Part shown: positions 49,690 through 62,035 of the stretch, piece after piece
Numbering within the stretch: position 1 is the stretch's first letter
How the letters are laid out: each line of letters starts with the position of its first letter
Assembly (NCBI GenBank): GCA_951406725.2
Contig: OX597814.1
Coordinates: 127,100,001-127,164,000 of the forward strand
DNA: 64,000 bases
Source of the DNA: Octopus vulgaris
Lineage: Eukaryota
Direction of reading: 5' to 3'
Notes under the pieces: generated by a model
What the model was told of the DNA's origin: nothing
The model's input: only the letters and a program-made list of their open reading frames with translations
Database searches by the model: none
Program-made: the position numbers and the translations under genes

Positions 49690-49910
49690 GGTATACCAGA
49701 TATGTAATCCGGATGTATTATAAACCATTATAAACTTGCACATTGTTTTGTTAAATGTTATTTATTTAATTAACGTTACACTGTAGATAGTAATAATGTT
49801 GAAGTCTTGTTACTATCTATTCCACTGTGTAATGTTAATTAAAAAAATAACATTTAAAGAAAACATTGTTCATGTTTATAATGGTTTACAATATATCTGG
49901 TTTACACATC
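49690..49910. repeat. Foldback inverted repeat
   Basis: tataaaccattataaac...aattaacgttacac vs gtgtaatgttaatt...gtttataatggttta. Confidence 0.75.
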
Positions 49911-49929
49911 TGTTGAAGTCTGTGAAGAT

Positions 49930-50230
49930 TCATGGCTTAGTGAGTTTGATTCTTGGACTGGACTCTGTGTTATGTTCTTGAGCAATACACTTTATTCTGT
50001 GTTGCTCCAGTTCACTCAGCTGTAGAAATGAGTTGTGATGTCTCTGGTTCCAAGCTGTATTGACCTTTGCCTTTCCCTTGGATAACATTGGTAGGATGGA
50101 GAGGAGAGGCTGGTATGCATGGGCAACTGCCATTCTTCTATAAACAACCTTGCCCACACCTGTTCCTTGGAGTGGAACTTTCTAGGTGCTTCCCATGTTC
50201 ATTCATTACTGAAAGGGGTCTTTACCCTTT
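49930..50230 (+). mobile_element. CORE-like SINE, second copy
   Basis: Same body as 12941-13208, ending ...aggggtctttaccct; remnant of the tRNA head. Confidence 0.75.
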
Positions 50231-50819
50231 AATGTTGAAGTCAACTCACCATCGTTACCATCATCATTTATTGTCCATATTCTATACTGGCATGGATTGG
50301 ACAGTTTGACAGGGGCTAGTAAGCCAGAGGACTACACCAAGCTCTACTGTCAGCTTTGGTGTGATTTCTATGGCTGGATGTCCTTCCTAATGCTAACCAA
50401 TTTACTGAGTGTACTGAGTGCTCTTTATGTGGCATCAACACCTATATGATGAACAAAAAAAATGTAATGATACCATCCTTAATCAATAAAGTAATGATCT
50501 GTGGAAGGTAGCAGGGATCTGCATGAGTTATTAGTGAGTATAAACAGTTCAAAATTGGTTTGCTGTGGAGAAGAGGAAAAGTCTTCCATTTTGGACAGTA
50601 CTCTTTCTCAAAGAATGATAACGTTGTTGTTGTTATTGACCATCTCCCATTAGTGCTTCTTGAGCAGAATTTTGGCATACTTCATTTTGGTCTGAGACTC
50701 TGGTGTATATTAGACATGAAGTTGTGTAGGTTGAAACAAACAACAGCCATGAACTGTACATTTCCTATGTCAAAACCTATTTTAGTTTCATCATAGGTCT
50801 TAGGTCTATCATGATCCCT

Positions 50820-51065
50820 AAGGTCTTAAGGCTTGGAGCTGAATCTGGTTTCAATGGTGTACTTGCCCCTCTGAATGGCATGTCATTCTGTTACAGGGTT
50901 AACTTCCTCAACTATTACTGGGATTCATTTACAATTAAGTGGATAGGAGCATTGTGAAATAAGGTGTTTTGCTCAAGAACACAAGAAGACCACCTGGTTT
51001 AGGAATCAAAATCACGATCTTATGATTCTGAATGCAACCTCCTAACCATTATGCCATGCATCTTC
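50820..51065 (-). mobile_element. tRNA/CORE-like SINE
   Basis: Minus-strand head gcatggcataatggttagg...ttgattcct followed by gtgttcttgagcaaaacacctt. Confidence 0.6.
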
Positions 51066-51134
51066 ATTCTTTCATTATTGTTGTAGTGTTAACTTTGAAA
51101 TAAATTTAACTTATTTTTAAAATTTCTTTTGCAG

Positions 51135-51318
51135 TCATTTTGATCATCATCTCAGTATGTACAGCCATTGGAGCATGGGCCTGGTTATGGGATCCTGCCA
51201 CTGCTCAGATATCATTCATCCAATCTCTGTGGAACCATCCTTTCTTCACTATCAGCTGTATTACACTGTTTGCACTTTTCATGTGTGGCATCCATAAGAG
51301 AGTTGTTGCACCATCCAT
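51135..51318 (+). CDS. CNEP1R1: CNEP1R1 coding exon 3 (two hydrophobic/TM segments through [10 protein letters not shown])
   Basis: Acceptor ttcttttgcAG; overlaps ORF 51140..51328; ends at the U12-type donor AT|GTATCCTT; 184 nt. Confidence 0.97.
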
Positions 51319-51559
51319 GTATCCTTAACTAACTTATATCGCGTATGTTTTGGCATTTTATGTGATTATTAATCAAGTGTGTATATTGTTAACTAGGTGT
51401 GTATAATCAAGTCAACCAATATATTTCTAAACTGTTTTCATATATTTCAATTTTTTGAGTTATTTATAAAAACAATATAAGTCAGTCAAAGAAGGAAGGA
51501 CAGTGCTCATCACATTTGCTTATAAAATTGGTGAAATTGATATAGGTAATGTTCAGTCT

Positions 51560-52640
51560 GGAGCATCTGTAGGTAAAGATCAGAGGAAGAAGAATTGGGC
51601 AAGATGATTAGTACAGAATATGAGAGATGTGACACAGTAAGGATGATCAGTGCATGAAGTGTGTGAGAAAATAACTAGTTCAGAGGATTAGAGGTTATTG
51701 TAGTAACAGCCAGTTGTGTGACCTTTTAGATGTGGTCTAGGATGTGTGTGTGTTGTAATGGCAACACTGTTCTTGATACATCATCATCATCATCATCATT
51801 ATCATTATCATCGTCATTTAACGTCCGTTTTCCATGCTGGCATGGAAAACGTATGTAGTATTTTATTTGAGCTTCATAGATGGTCTCCAGCTGTTTGGGG
51901 CTGAAGTATTTTCTGGTTCTAGTCTTCAGACTGCATTGTGTGAAGATGCCCTGAGAGATCATTGGAGATTATGCAGCATAGCATAACTTTGAGGGTTTTA
52001 AGTGTGTGTTGTTTAGTCATCAGTGAAGAATATTTTTGAAATCTCTGTTGATACAGGTTATACAATTGTGGCATGAGTAGTCTAGATTATGGATAGATGT
52101 CACCAGTTTGCAAAAGATCTACTTGGGAGTAGTTGGTGTTAAAAACAAGTAACTTGTTAATGTACAAAAGAAAGAGTGTAGAAGATATAGCTGGGTTTTG
52201 GGGTGTACCATAGCTCGTGGTGTAGGTTGGAGAGAGCACAACCCATACAAGTTGCAGTGGAATGATTTGATAGGAAATTTCCAGTCCGAGAAATGAGTTA
52301 GATAAAGCGTATAATTGGTTAACTTGGCTAAGAGATTCTCGCATTAGATGAAACTGAAGACTCTGCTTTATGTCAAAAGTAATAGTTTTCACCAAGGGTA
52401 CAAAACTATTAATGTGTTGTATGGTGCAGTAGAATGGATCTTTGGGAATTCTGGGTCTAGAAAACTGTAATTTTGGTTTATTTAGGTGGGAAAAAGGGAC
52501 TCAAGGATATGAATGAGGTTGTTGCCTATAATTATACTCATTACATTTCAGATGGTGAAAATAAGGGCAATAGGATGGTAGTTAGCAGGATCTGAGAGAT
52601 TGGTCATGGGAACGGTATACACCGTAGTGTGGTTACTTAC
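51560..52640 (-). mobile_element. Old non-LTR (Jockey/CR1-group) RT remnant inside the U12 intron
   Basis: NLSDPANYHPIAL, GTPQNPAISSTLFLLYINKLL (GVPQGS-like) and RKYFSPKQLETIYEAQI. Confidence 0.7.
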
Positions 52641-53020
52641 TTATACTTGTGATGGCATCCACCCAGGGTGGGTTGAGCCAGTTCCGACCAATGAGTGTGT
52701 CAGTAGGAATACAAGATTACATGTGGTCTCTGGTCACATGCATACACACTTTGGGATAGTGTGACTTATAGCAGCTTATCTTTCTATCAATAGTTGACTG
52801 TCAGAGGGGAATTGCTGACTGAGTTACTGCTGACTATGGGAGTAGACATAGCCTGGGTTTGAAGTGGGTTCTAGAGACATGCTTTAACAAAAACTAAGGG
52901 GTGTTTCACTCCCAGTGGTTTTTCAGAATGCTGGACACCAACCTGGAATTTCTGAGGGCCTGTGCTGTTGTAGTGTGTTTCCATAGATTAGGACAAACAC
53001 TTAATAGATAAAGAAAGATT

Positions 53021-53171
53021 TCAAATTCCGCCGAGGTCGACTTTGCCTTTCATCCTTTCGGGGTTGATAAATTAAGTACCAGTTATGCACTGGGGTCGAT
53101 GTAATCAACTTAATCCGTTTGTCTGTCCTTGTTTGTCTCCTCTGTGTTTAGCCCCTTGTGGGTAGTAAAGA
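53021..53171 (+). mobile_element. Young 5'-truncated SINE with 18-bp TSD
   Basis: Body tcaaattccgccgaggtcgactttgcctttcatcctttcgggg...; AATAGATAAAGAAAGATT at 53003-53020 and 53172-53189; CpGs intact. Confidence 0.85.
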
Positions 53172-53738
53172 AATAGATAAAGAAAGATTGAAAACTTTAG
53201 ATGGGATAGCAACTACATTTAGAGTGCACTATTTGAGTTAAATGGAAAGTAAACTGTTGCTACTAGTTTCCATAGTAGACTAATGACTTGTAAGAGTTGT
53301 TAAAGTTGTGTACTATGCATGAGGATAATGTAAGTAAGGTTAGAATTGTCAGCGAGTCCTGTGAAAGATGTATCTTCGACTCTTTCTTAAGGTAATAATA
53401 CATAAATATACTGTTATCTCACATTTATGTTCAAGTGTTTAGCAAACTCTGTTTTCATACCCAAGAGTGAAATGGGATTTATTGTTTAACTTTTGAGTGA
53501 ACAGATATTGTTGGAACCTTGCAGCTTCTTAATTACCAAAGATATATTTTTATAGATTATTGAAGCCCTATGTTCTTTTTTGTTTTTTGGTTGTTTTTTT
53601 TATTAATTCTACTACATTTTGTATACATATACTTCCCTACTATAGAAAATATTACTTCTGATTGAGCTTGTTTTACTGCATATTATATACTAGTATATGA
53701 GTATATATATTTTTTTGCCATCCTTAACTCGGTCAAAG

Positions 53739-53793
53739 TGTTGCTTCTCGATGTCGGCAAGTTCTTTCAGATTACAACATGTCTTGTGATGAT
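53739..53793 (+). CDS. CNEP1R1: CNEP1R1 coding exon 4 (VASRCRQVLSDYNMSCDD)
   Basis: Follows the U12 branch point and AAG acceptor; donor GTAAGT; 55 nt, phase 2-0. Confidence 0.96.
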
Positions 53794-54786
53794 GTAAGTA
53801 CTTCATTCAAATGTTTTCCTTTTTTAATATTGGCATACTTTTCTATCTGTTTATATAACTATCTGTTAGTCTATTTACCTTTTACAAAGATTTATTTCAA
53901 TTTTTTAAATAGTAAAAAGACAAAAATTAATGAAATAAATAGCCACAAATTGCCCCATACACATGTGTGTGTATTTACATACATACTCCTGTACTTCCTC
54001 AATAGTATCTACTCTTTTACTCTCTCCTCTACCACCCTCTTGTGACTAAATATATTCCTTTCAACATACTTTCCCCTTTCTTATCACTCTACCTAGAATC
54101 ATTGTAACCTTTCTCTTCTATTCTCCTTCAGTTGTTGGACCTTAATTTTGGTGTTAGGAAGGACATCTAGCTGTAGAAACACAGTTTAAACAGACACAAT
54201 CCACTGACACAAATCCTGAAAAACTGTCTAACCCATGCTAGCATGGAAACAAACACCAAATCATAACGATGATGATGTTATTATATATTGCTATATATTT
54301 ATCTCCCATTGTATTTGTCCTTGAAATTCTTTTCGTAACTGCCCCTATGACCTCCCAAAAGTCAAAGCACAGCACCTTTCTCTATACCAAACCAGTATAA
54401 AATAAAAACCCTTAATCTTATCATCTTAATGTCATAAATATTGCAGATATTATATCTTACTCTATGTAGTGCTGTGGTATGTCTCCATTTAATGTCTATT
54501 ATCCATGCTGGCATAGGTTGGGCAATTTGACAGGAGCTGGTGAGCTAAAAGACAGCCTCAAACTCCAATGTCTGCTTTGGCATGGTTTCTACCACTAGAT
54601 GCTCTTCCTAATACCAATCACTCTACTAAATGTACTAGGTGCTTTTATGTGGCACCAGCATCAGTGAGGTCGTACTACCCCTCAACAGAGTGGCATGTTG
54701 TATTGAGGGAAGTGGCTTTATGCCAGGTGATGAAAGATTAAAGTATGATAGAGGAACATGAACAGGTGTTTGTATTGTAAAGTTTT

Positions 54787-55235
54787 AATAATAATGATAA
54801 TGAAATTATTGTGTATAGTGCTCAGGTGCATGTACAGTACATAGAATTATGTACAAAAGTCAGGAAAGTGAACAGTGTAAGAGTCATGATATATATGTGT
54901 GGGGAGCAGGGGATATTAGGTGTAGTATTGGAGAATTTCAGGAAGCATTGAGGTTTTAAAGGATGCAATGTCTCTGCAACTAACAACTGATGCAGGTAGT
55001 TTGTTCCATGCTTTAGCAACACTGAGTGTGAAAAAAATGTTTCCAAAAGTCATGGGAGCTGTGCTGTTTTCTGATTGTGTAGGAATGCCCACATGTGTTA
55101 GACACATGGAACTCAAAAAAGGTGTTCAAGGTGGTTGTTGGCACGATGGTTAATAATTTTGTGTTTACTAAGTCAGTTGCCAGGCATCGGAGCTTCAATG
55201 TATCTATGCTGAGGGAAGTATTAGAGTATCTTTGC
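54787..55235 (-). mobile_element. CR1/L2-group LINE 3' fragment, copy 1
   Basis: DTLKLRCLATDL...HSYTIRKQHSSHDFWKHFF and VAKAWNKLPASVVSC; (TTA)n tail. Confidence 0.8.
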
Positions 55236-55358
55236 ATGCACTGAAGATAAGTTACAAAGTTGACTTATTGTGAGTTTTTTTTTCTCCTGCATAGTATTTC
55301 CTGTGGTGTGTGGATGGGTGTGCATATATGCCTGCACTATGATGAAGACCAAATATTG

Positions 55359-56160
55359 ATAATAATAATAATAATGAAATTATTGTATACAGTGCTCAGG
55401 TGCACCACAACTTGTCAAAAGTGCGTATAAAGCATATGCAGTAATGTACAAATGTCTGGAAAGTGAACAGTGTATGAGTCAGATACATGCTTGCATGTGT
55501 ATGGAGGGGAGAAAATCAGGTGTAGTGTTGGTGAATCTCAGAAAGCATGGAAGTTTTGAAGGATGCAGTGCTCTGACAACTAACAACTGATGCTGGCAGT
55601 TTGTTCTATGCTTCAGCAACTCTTAGCGTGAAAAAATATTTCCGAAAGTTACAGGAGCTGTGTAAACATGTCCAGAGGTGTTAGACAGGTGGAGTTTGAA
55701 AAGGTGCTCAGAGTTATTGTTAATAAGACGGTTAATAATTTTATGGGTGTCTGCCAAGTCAGCTGCCAGATGTCGAAGTTTCAATGTATTCATGCCCAGG
55801 GAAGTAAGGTGTTCAGAATATGGCAAATGCCTGATAGAGGGTATTCTCTTGGTTGCATGTCACTGAATGGTTTCCAGACGATAAATATCCTGGGCAAGAT
55901 AGGGGTTCCAGACTGATGATGCAAATTCCAGGTGAGGCTGCATCATAGCTATATAAAGCTATATGAGCAGCTCACAAAGGACTTGGTAAGTGATGCCAAG
56001 ACACCCTCAGCCTTCTTGGCAACTTTAGCAATGTGTTTTGTCCAATGCAAATCGCTGTCAACAATAATGCTCAGGTCATGTTCACAAGAAGACTTTTTGA
56101 GATTAGTGTTGTGGAGGGAGTAAGTAGATGCTGGTCCAGTATTTTTTTGAAATAGCACTC
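55359..56160 (-). mobile_element. CR1/L2-group LINE 3' fragment, copy 2 (longer)
   Basis: HDLSIIVDSDLHWTKHIAKVAKKAEGVL and YSEHLTSLGMNTLKLRHLAADL; same (TTA)n tail and 3' UTR as copy 1. Confidence 0.85.
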
Positions 56161-56302
56161 AATATTATACAAACATATACAACACGTTTATATTTAATGT
56201 ATATTATTTGTCTTCTTTACTTTAAATTGCTAAGTATTTTTCTCAATAAACATTTATTTTCAATGAATTACTGTAACCAATTTTTTCTTTCTGATTTTTT
56301 AG

Positions 56303-56344
56303 ACAGGAAAGCTGATTCTTTTAAAACCAAGACCTTCAATATGA
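56303..56344 (+). CDS. CNEP1R1: CNEP1R1 last coding exon (TGKLILLKPRPSI*)
   Basis: Acceptor ttctttctgattttttAG; phase 0; conserved TGKLIL.KPRP C-terminus, then TGA. Confidence 0.94.
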   Translation, partial: TGKLILLKPRPSI

Positions 56345-56444
56345 CACATGGAGATTTAGAAAATTTTAAACTTTTGATGGCCAATTTCATTGTTACTGGA
56401 TTTTTTATTCTGAAATCCTGAATGATTTTGTCATAATATATTTT

Positions 56445-56805
56445 TATATATACATACACACACATACATACATATCACACACACACACACATACATACAT
56501 ATCACACACACACACACACACGTGTAATATACATACACACACACACATGTAATATACACTTACATACATATATACACAAGTGTATTTATATATATATGTG
56601 TGTTATACACAACATGGTTAAATGCTGTATTCTTTTGTATAAAACCCCAGAGTGCATAATATACACTCACAAAATGTTAAGAGTATGTAGGTATGTATGT
56701 ATGCATGCATGAATGTAGGTTTGTATGTATGCATGCATGAATGTAGGTATGTATGTATGCATGCATGAATGTAGGTATGTATGCATGTACGCATGTATGA
56801 ATGCT

Positions 56806-56845
<40 letters not shown>

Positions 56846-57030
56846 TATGTGTGTGTGTATATACATATTGTTTATATATATGTGTGTGTGTATATGTATA
56901 TTGTTTATATATATATGTGTGTGTATATACATATGTGCGTGTATATGTATATTGTTTATATATATATGTGTGTGTATATACATATACATATGTATGTGTA
57001 TGTATATACATATGTATGTGTGTGTATTTA
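56445..57030. repeat. Compound CA/TA/TG microsatellite with a 28-bp tandem unit, just 3' of the CNEP1R1 stop
   Basis: About 3 copies of atgcatgcatgaatgtaggtatgtatgt at 56690-56800, plus alternating purine-pyrimidine tracts. Confidence 0.9.
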
Positions 57031-57336
57031 ATGTGCAGGGTTACAGTCTCAGATTACAACATTCCATTTCTTTGTTTCATGTCTTTGACCTGGGCTATTA
57101 TTGTGGCAGTGTTAGCTGACAGAACAGATCCTTTCTCAGACAGTGAAAAAAAAATCTTTTCCATCAGCTAGCATTGTCTGGAAAATGTGCAAGGTTAAAG
57201 GCATGAAACTGTAAGATTGTAAGTAAAAGAGTGCTGTATCTGGAATTGTAATCCTGTACATTAAATATATATTCTACCTAGGTATTAAAAAAGTCTTCTT
57301 TTACTTCGTCCCTGTTTTACTATGTCCATGATCTCA

Positions 57337-57367
<31 letters not shown>

Positions 57368-57539
57368 AGCACTAAATTAAATTGGGCACTATATCCAAGA
57401 TAGAAGAAAATATGCACTGAATTACTCATGTGGGTGGTTCTTTCCATATTACACTCAATGCTTATAAAGTGTCTAATTCAATTTCGTGCTTATAATTGAC
57501 AATCTTAACCATTTTACATTACATACACAAATGCAGAGC

Positions 57540-57782
57540 GATTTTCTTAAAGGTTATTAACTATTTAGAAAAATTCTTCGAAAAACAGAAAGGCACAAAT
57601 CTTTTGAACCTAAGTTTTAGTATTGTGTGCAAGTGCTTTCATTTTTCAGTTTTCCAAACACATTCGAAAAATTGAACAAAAGAAGCACTTTCACAACAAT
57701 ATGGACACTTCATTCCAAAAGGTTCATGCTGTTCTGTTTTTCTGAGAATTATTTTTAAATAATTAATAACTTTTAAGAAAAT
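57540..57782. repeat. Diverged foldback inverted repeat, arms about 115 bp
   Basis: attttcttaaaggttattaa...gtgcttt vs aagcact...ttaataacttttaagaaaat. Confidence 0.7.
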
Positions 57783-58325
57783 CTTTCTTTAAATATTGTG
57801 ACTATTATTGAATAGTGTTTGCAAAAACCTGTTTTCGAGTGTGTGTGTCTGTGTGTGTATTTGAAAGTGCTATTTTATGAGATAGTAAGTATTTATTAAA
57901 TTATTTCCTTTATACATTAGAGTATGATTCATACTCTAGATATTGCCAAATGTATACAAAATTATTATGATGTTTGGTTATTAGCAGTAAAAAGTAAGTT
58001 TGAGAATTTCCTAGTAATTAAGGTGCAGTTATTTTTTTATAGTTATAAATTGCAAATAAAGAGTTCACTTCCATCTACAATGTCTGGATTTTGAAAGGTT
58101 TTGCTTAGAAGAAAGAACATATAAAAAAACTGAACTCTTTCTTACATGGTATACACCTAATTGTATGATATACAGATTTCAAAAAGTTACTTTCCATAGG
58201 AGGGAGAAAATACTGAAAGAAATAGTTTAGGCTGACAGAGAGAAAGTAAGAGAGTTGCCTCAGTCTTAGATTGCAAAAGAGATAGGGGGAAAAGATTGAT
58301 AGCAAGCAGGTATGTTGTTTCAGCC

Positions 58326-58359
<34 letters not shown>

Positions 58360-61300
58360 AAGAGAATAAGAATGACGGTATTTTTTAGACATGTATCAAG
58401 TGGCTAAGTTATCATTAAATGACAGGAGAGCAAAATGTATTGTTTATACAAGGTATATAGATTCCAGTAAATGAAGTTCTGATAAATTGTATTTAGTTAT
58501 TTATCTATGTTTTGTGTATTTAAGAGTTCAGATCAGTAGAGTGATTGAGAAAAGTTTTGAAGGAGAAGCTGAGCGGAGAGTAGGTGGTGAAGTGTACCTG
58601 ATATAATGAGTGAGAGAAAGGCAGGGAAATCTAAAATCTGGTTTCAAATGTAGAAGATGCTAGTTGATTAAATATAATGAAAATAAAAGTGGAGTTTTAG
58701 GGGAAAAGGAAAGTATTTCAATTCTGATCACATCTAATGTTTGGCAAGTACGATTCCAAAATTTGCCAAGAGAATTCAGATGGAAAAGAAAATAATTTTT
58801 AGGTTGAATATTTAAGCAAAAAATTTGTTGACTCATTTTCTGTTAGTTAATTAAAATAATTTGATTTTAAGTTTTAGTAATCTTGTTGAACCCTTTCACT
58901 TTCAAAATGTCCTTGACCTCTGGTATAAAGCAAAACCAGAGTAACATATTAAACTAAAGTGAGTTAAGGAGAATAAATTAAGTCCTTACAAAAGCAAAGA
59001 TAACGTCCTCAAGTAACAACAGTTCTTGGTCCAAAACATTGGGATTTAGTTAATTGTTAATATTGACATAACATTTGTCATGTTTGTTGTTTTACATATC
59101 TCACAGACTTCTTGATGAGTAATTTAGAAAGGTGTCATAGATACCACAGTATTTGTTGATTGAAATTAAGCAGTAAAATATAATAATATGATTTATATTT
59201 GGAAACAAACCAAATATCTAAACGTAGCTTCATATTGTTTTAGTTAGCACTTTTAGAAAGATTTGTTTTTGTGCTTTTTTGTTATTTGATTATAGTTTTC
59301 ATTTTTGCAATGTGTTGTTTTCCCCCTCACCCCTATCCAGCTTGAGTTTTTTCCTTTTAATGTAACCTTGCTTTCACTTTTTTTATCAGAAATCAAGGAC
59401 ATTTTGAAAATAAACAGGTGCAGCAAGATTACTAAATTTCTATGTAAACTAACATAGGATAGAGAGTGTAGCAGATTCTCTTATGTTTAAATATATAAAA
59501 ATTTTAACTTAATTTGGTTAGGAGTATTAAAGAATTTGAATTTATTTTAAATATTTCTGAGATTTCGGGTGATAAATTCAAGGGTTTTGTTGGAAAGAAT
59601 TTTCAAGTAAAAATTTTTAAAAAAAGATAAATAAATCATCTATATCAAAAAATTATAATTATGCATAAAACCAAATATGGTTTAAAGATGAGAATTAAAA
59701 TAGACTTAATCAAGAGAAAGAATAAAAGATTTTAAATAACTTAAATCAAAAGAAAAAGAAAGAAAATAATGGATTTTTATTTTCTTTATTTAGATTAAAT
59801 TCTAATTTTCATATTTATACTGTTTTTCTGTTTCTCTCCATCTAAAGTATATCCCAATGTCCTTTAACTGTTCCTTTTGCCCCTAGGTGAATACATTAAG
59901 ACTTTTAATTCCTTTTTTCATTGAATTCCTTCAAGCAAAACGTTTTGAAATATATATATTATAGATTGACTTGAGCATTATATAACCTCAATATAAATTA
60001 TAAATATAATTTAAACCTCACTAAAAAAATAGAATAAAATCTCACAAGAGAATAAAATCTCACTAGAAAATACTAATTTTTTTTTTTTTTAATTCAGAAT
60101 CTTAAGAATTTTGCATGTGATGGACAATATTGAAAGACCGAAACTCTCTATCGTATGAAATGAAATAATTTTACACACACGCACACACACACACACACAT
60201 TTATATTAAGAAATTAGGAAATGAGCAAAAAAAGAAGACATGTTGATGATGTATATAAAACTCTTTCTGTGTGTATGTGTGTGTGTGTGTGTAGGTGGGT
60301 GCACACATACACACACATAGATATGTACAGAAATATGTGTGTATATAAAGAGTTAGATATGTATAGGGATATAAATATGTGTGTATATATGAATACACAC
60401 ACACACAGTTAATTTGAGGAAGTCAAATCCTCATTAGAGATTATATAATCCAAGGTATTCCATTGGTTTAATCCGTATCATAATGGTAATGCCATTGGTA
60501 TATGTTTAAGATTATTGAAATTTTCAACATTGAGGGAAAACAGGGAGAAGAAAATGGAAAATAAATGGATGTAATTACTGATTTATTTGCATGTTATAAA
60601 AAAATATTTGTTTTGAAAAAAACATTACAAATAAATTGATTGGAAGTTGAAAGCTGAAAAAAAAATTAAGATAAAAATAGAAAAAAGAATCTACATTATG
60701 TTTTAGTCATACCATTTAGATGATGGGAATCTCCAAGCATATTACTTAATGCCAAGGAAGTTGCCACATTCAAACTATATTGTGGCAGGAGTTCATCAGT
60801 ATTCAAAAAAGGGCTAATGCAACTTAAGTAATCATTTTATCTTTTGAGGGAAGTGTATAGTATTAGCAGGTTACAAAAAATAAATTGAATAGGAATTCAA
60901 TTGACAATCCAATAATTTGTTTATATTATAATATAATATAATATAAGATAACATTAAAAAAATCATTAAAAAATCAAAAGAGCCAACAATTTGTTTCATA
61001 TGTTTATGAATTTGTGTGTGTGTGTGTACATGTACATATATTTGTTTGTGTATCTTGACGTTACGTCCTTTGTTAGTTAATGAAGAGCACCTAGAATGCG
61101 TGTATGCATGTGCATGTGTATATATAGACATGATATTTCAATCATACCTGTTCATTTGTAAATATTTCCAAGCACATCAGTAAACCATTTGCAGATTTTT
61201 TATAACTCCTTTTAATAAAACTCATGAAAAGAATGTTTTTTTCTAAAATACCTGCTTTCTTTTGCAGAAAGTGAACTAATTTTACATGTGATGTAATTTT

Positions 61301-61699
61301 ATTGTTTTTTTTTTTTTTAAGAATGAAAAAAAAAAAAATTACATTTATATAAATTTTTCTCTGACTTGGCTCATTTATTTTAATGTTATTGCTCATGATG
61401 TTGTTAACTGTTTCTTTTTTTTTTTTTATCTAATGACCCTCTTTCAGTCCTCTGAGACTGGCAGATGAAAGACAAGAAGTTATCCTTAGACTAGAGAGCT
61501 GGCCTGATCATTTGCAATAGTGGATGTCACAAAAACAATGAAAATTTCATTGGTTGTGTTAAATTGGTTAGTTAGCTAGTTAAGTCTGCTACTCAAGAAT
61601 GGGAACTATCCATTGAATGGGCTTCTACATGGTTTCATTTCATAAGATTTCACTTGCGAATCTTTAGTTGATTTAAGGCAATACTAAAAGTCATTGTCA

Positions 61700-62035
61700 T
61701 TCATCATCATCATTGTTTAATGTCCGCTTTCCATGCTAGCATGGGTTGGACGATTTGACTGAGAGCTGGCGAACCAGATGGCTGCACCAGGCTCCAATCT
61801 TGATCTGGCAGAGTTTCTACAGCTGGATGCCCTTCCTAATGCCAACCAATCTGAGAGTGTAGTGGGTGCTTTTACGTGCCACCGGCATGGGGGCCAATCA
61901 GGCAGTAGTGGCAACGACCTCGCTCGAATCTTTTTACACATGTCACCAGCACGGAAGCCAGTTAGCTGCTCTGGCAATGATCACACTTGGATGGTGCTCT
62001 TAGCACCCTACTAGCATGGGGCACAAGTGCCAGTA
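61700..62035 (-). repeat. RTE 3'-tail repeat
   Basis: Collinear with 22193-22605. Confidence 0.9.

Larger units (their letters stand above)
51319..53738 (+). other. U12-type (minor spliceosome) GT-AG intron
   Basis: 5' splice site GTATCCTTAA; branch-point consensus TCCTTAAC at 53721-53728, 10 nt upstream of the end of the AG; no polypyrimidine tract between branch point and AG; reading frame is continuous across it. Confidence 0.95.
5328..56344 (+). other. CNEP1R1: CNEP1R1 (TMEM188 / Spo7-like) gene span, start to stop, 5 coding exons, 124 aa
   Basis: Spliced translation: [124 protein letters not shown]. This matches the metazoan CNEP1R1 motifs as I recall them ([51 protein letters not shown]). 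All junctions are GT-AG and phase-consistent (22+72+184+55+42 = 375 nt). Confidence 0.96.

Noticed and set aside
56618-57171. Several ORFs rich in Y/I/C/V/H/T (also at about 16.5-16.9, 47.0-47.3 and 60.2-60.4 kb)
   Set aside because: These are translations of stop-free microsatellites.
61142-61396. Minus-strand exon ending at CAG|GTATGA
   Set aside because: No convincing acceptor, low-complexity translation and no recognisable homology.
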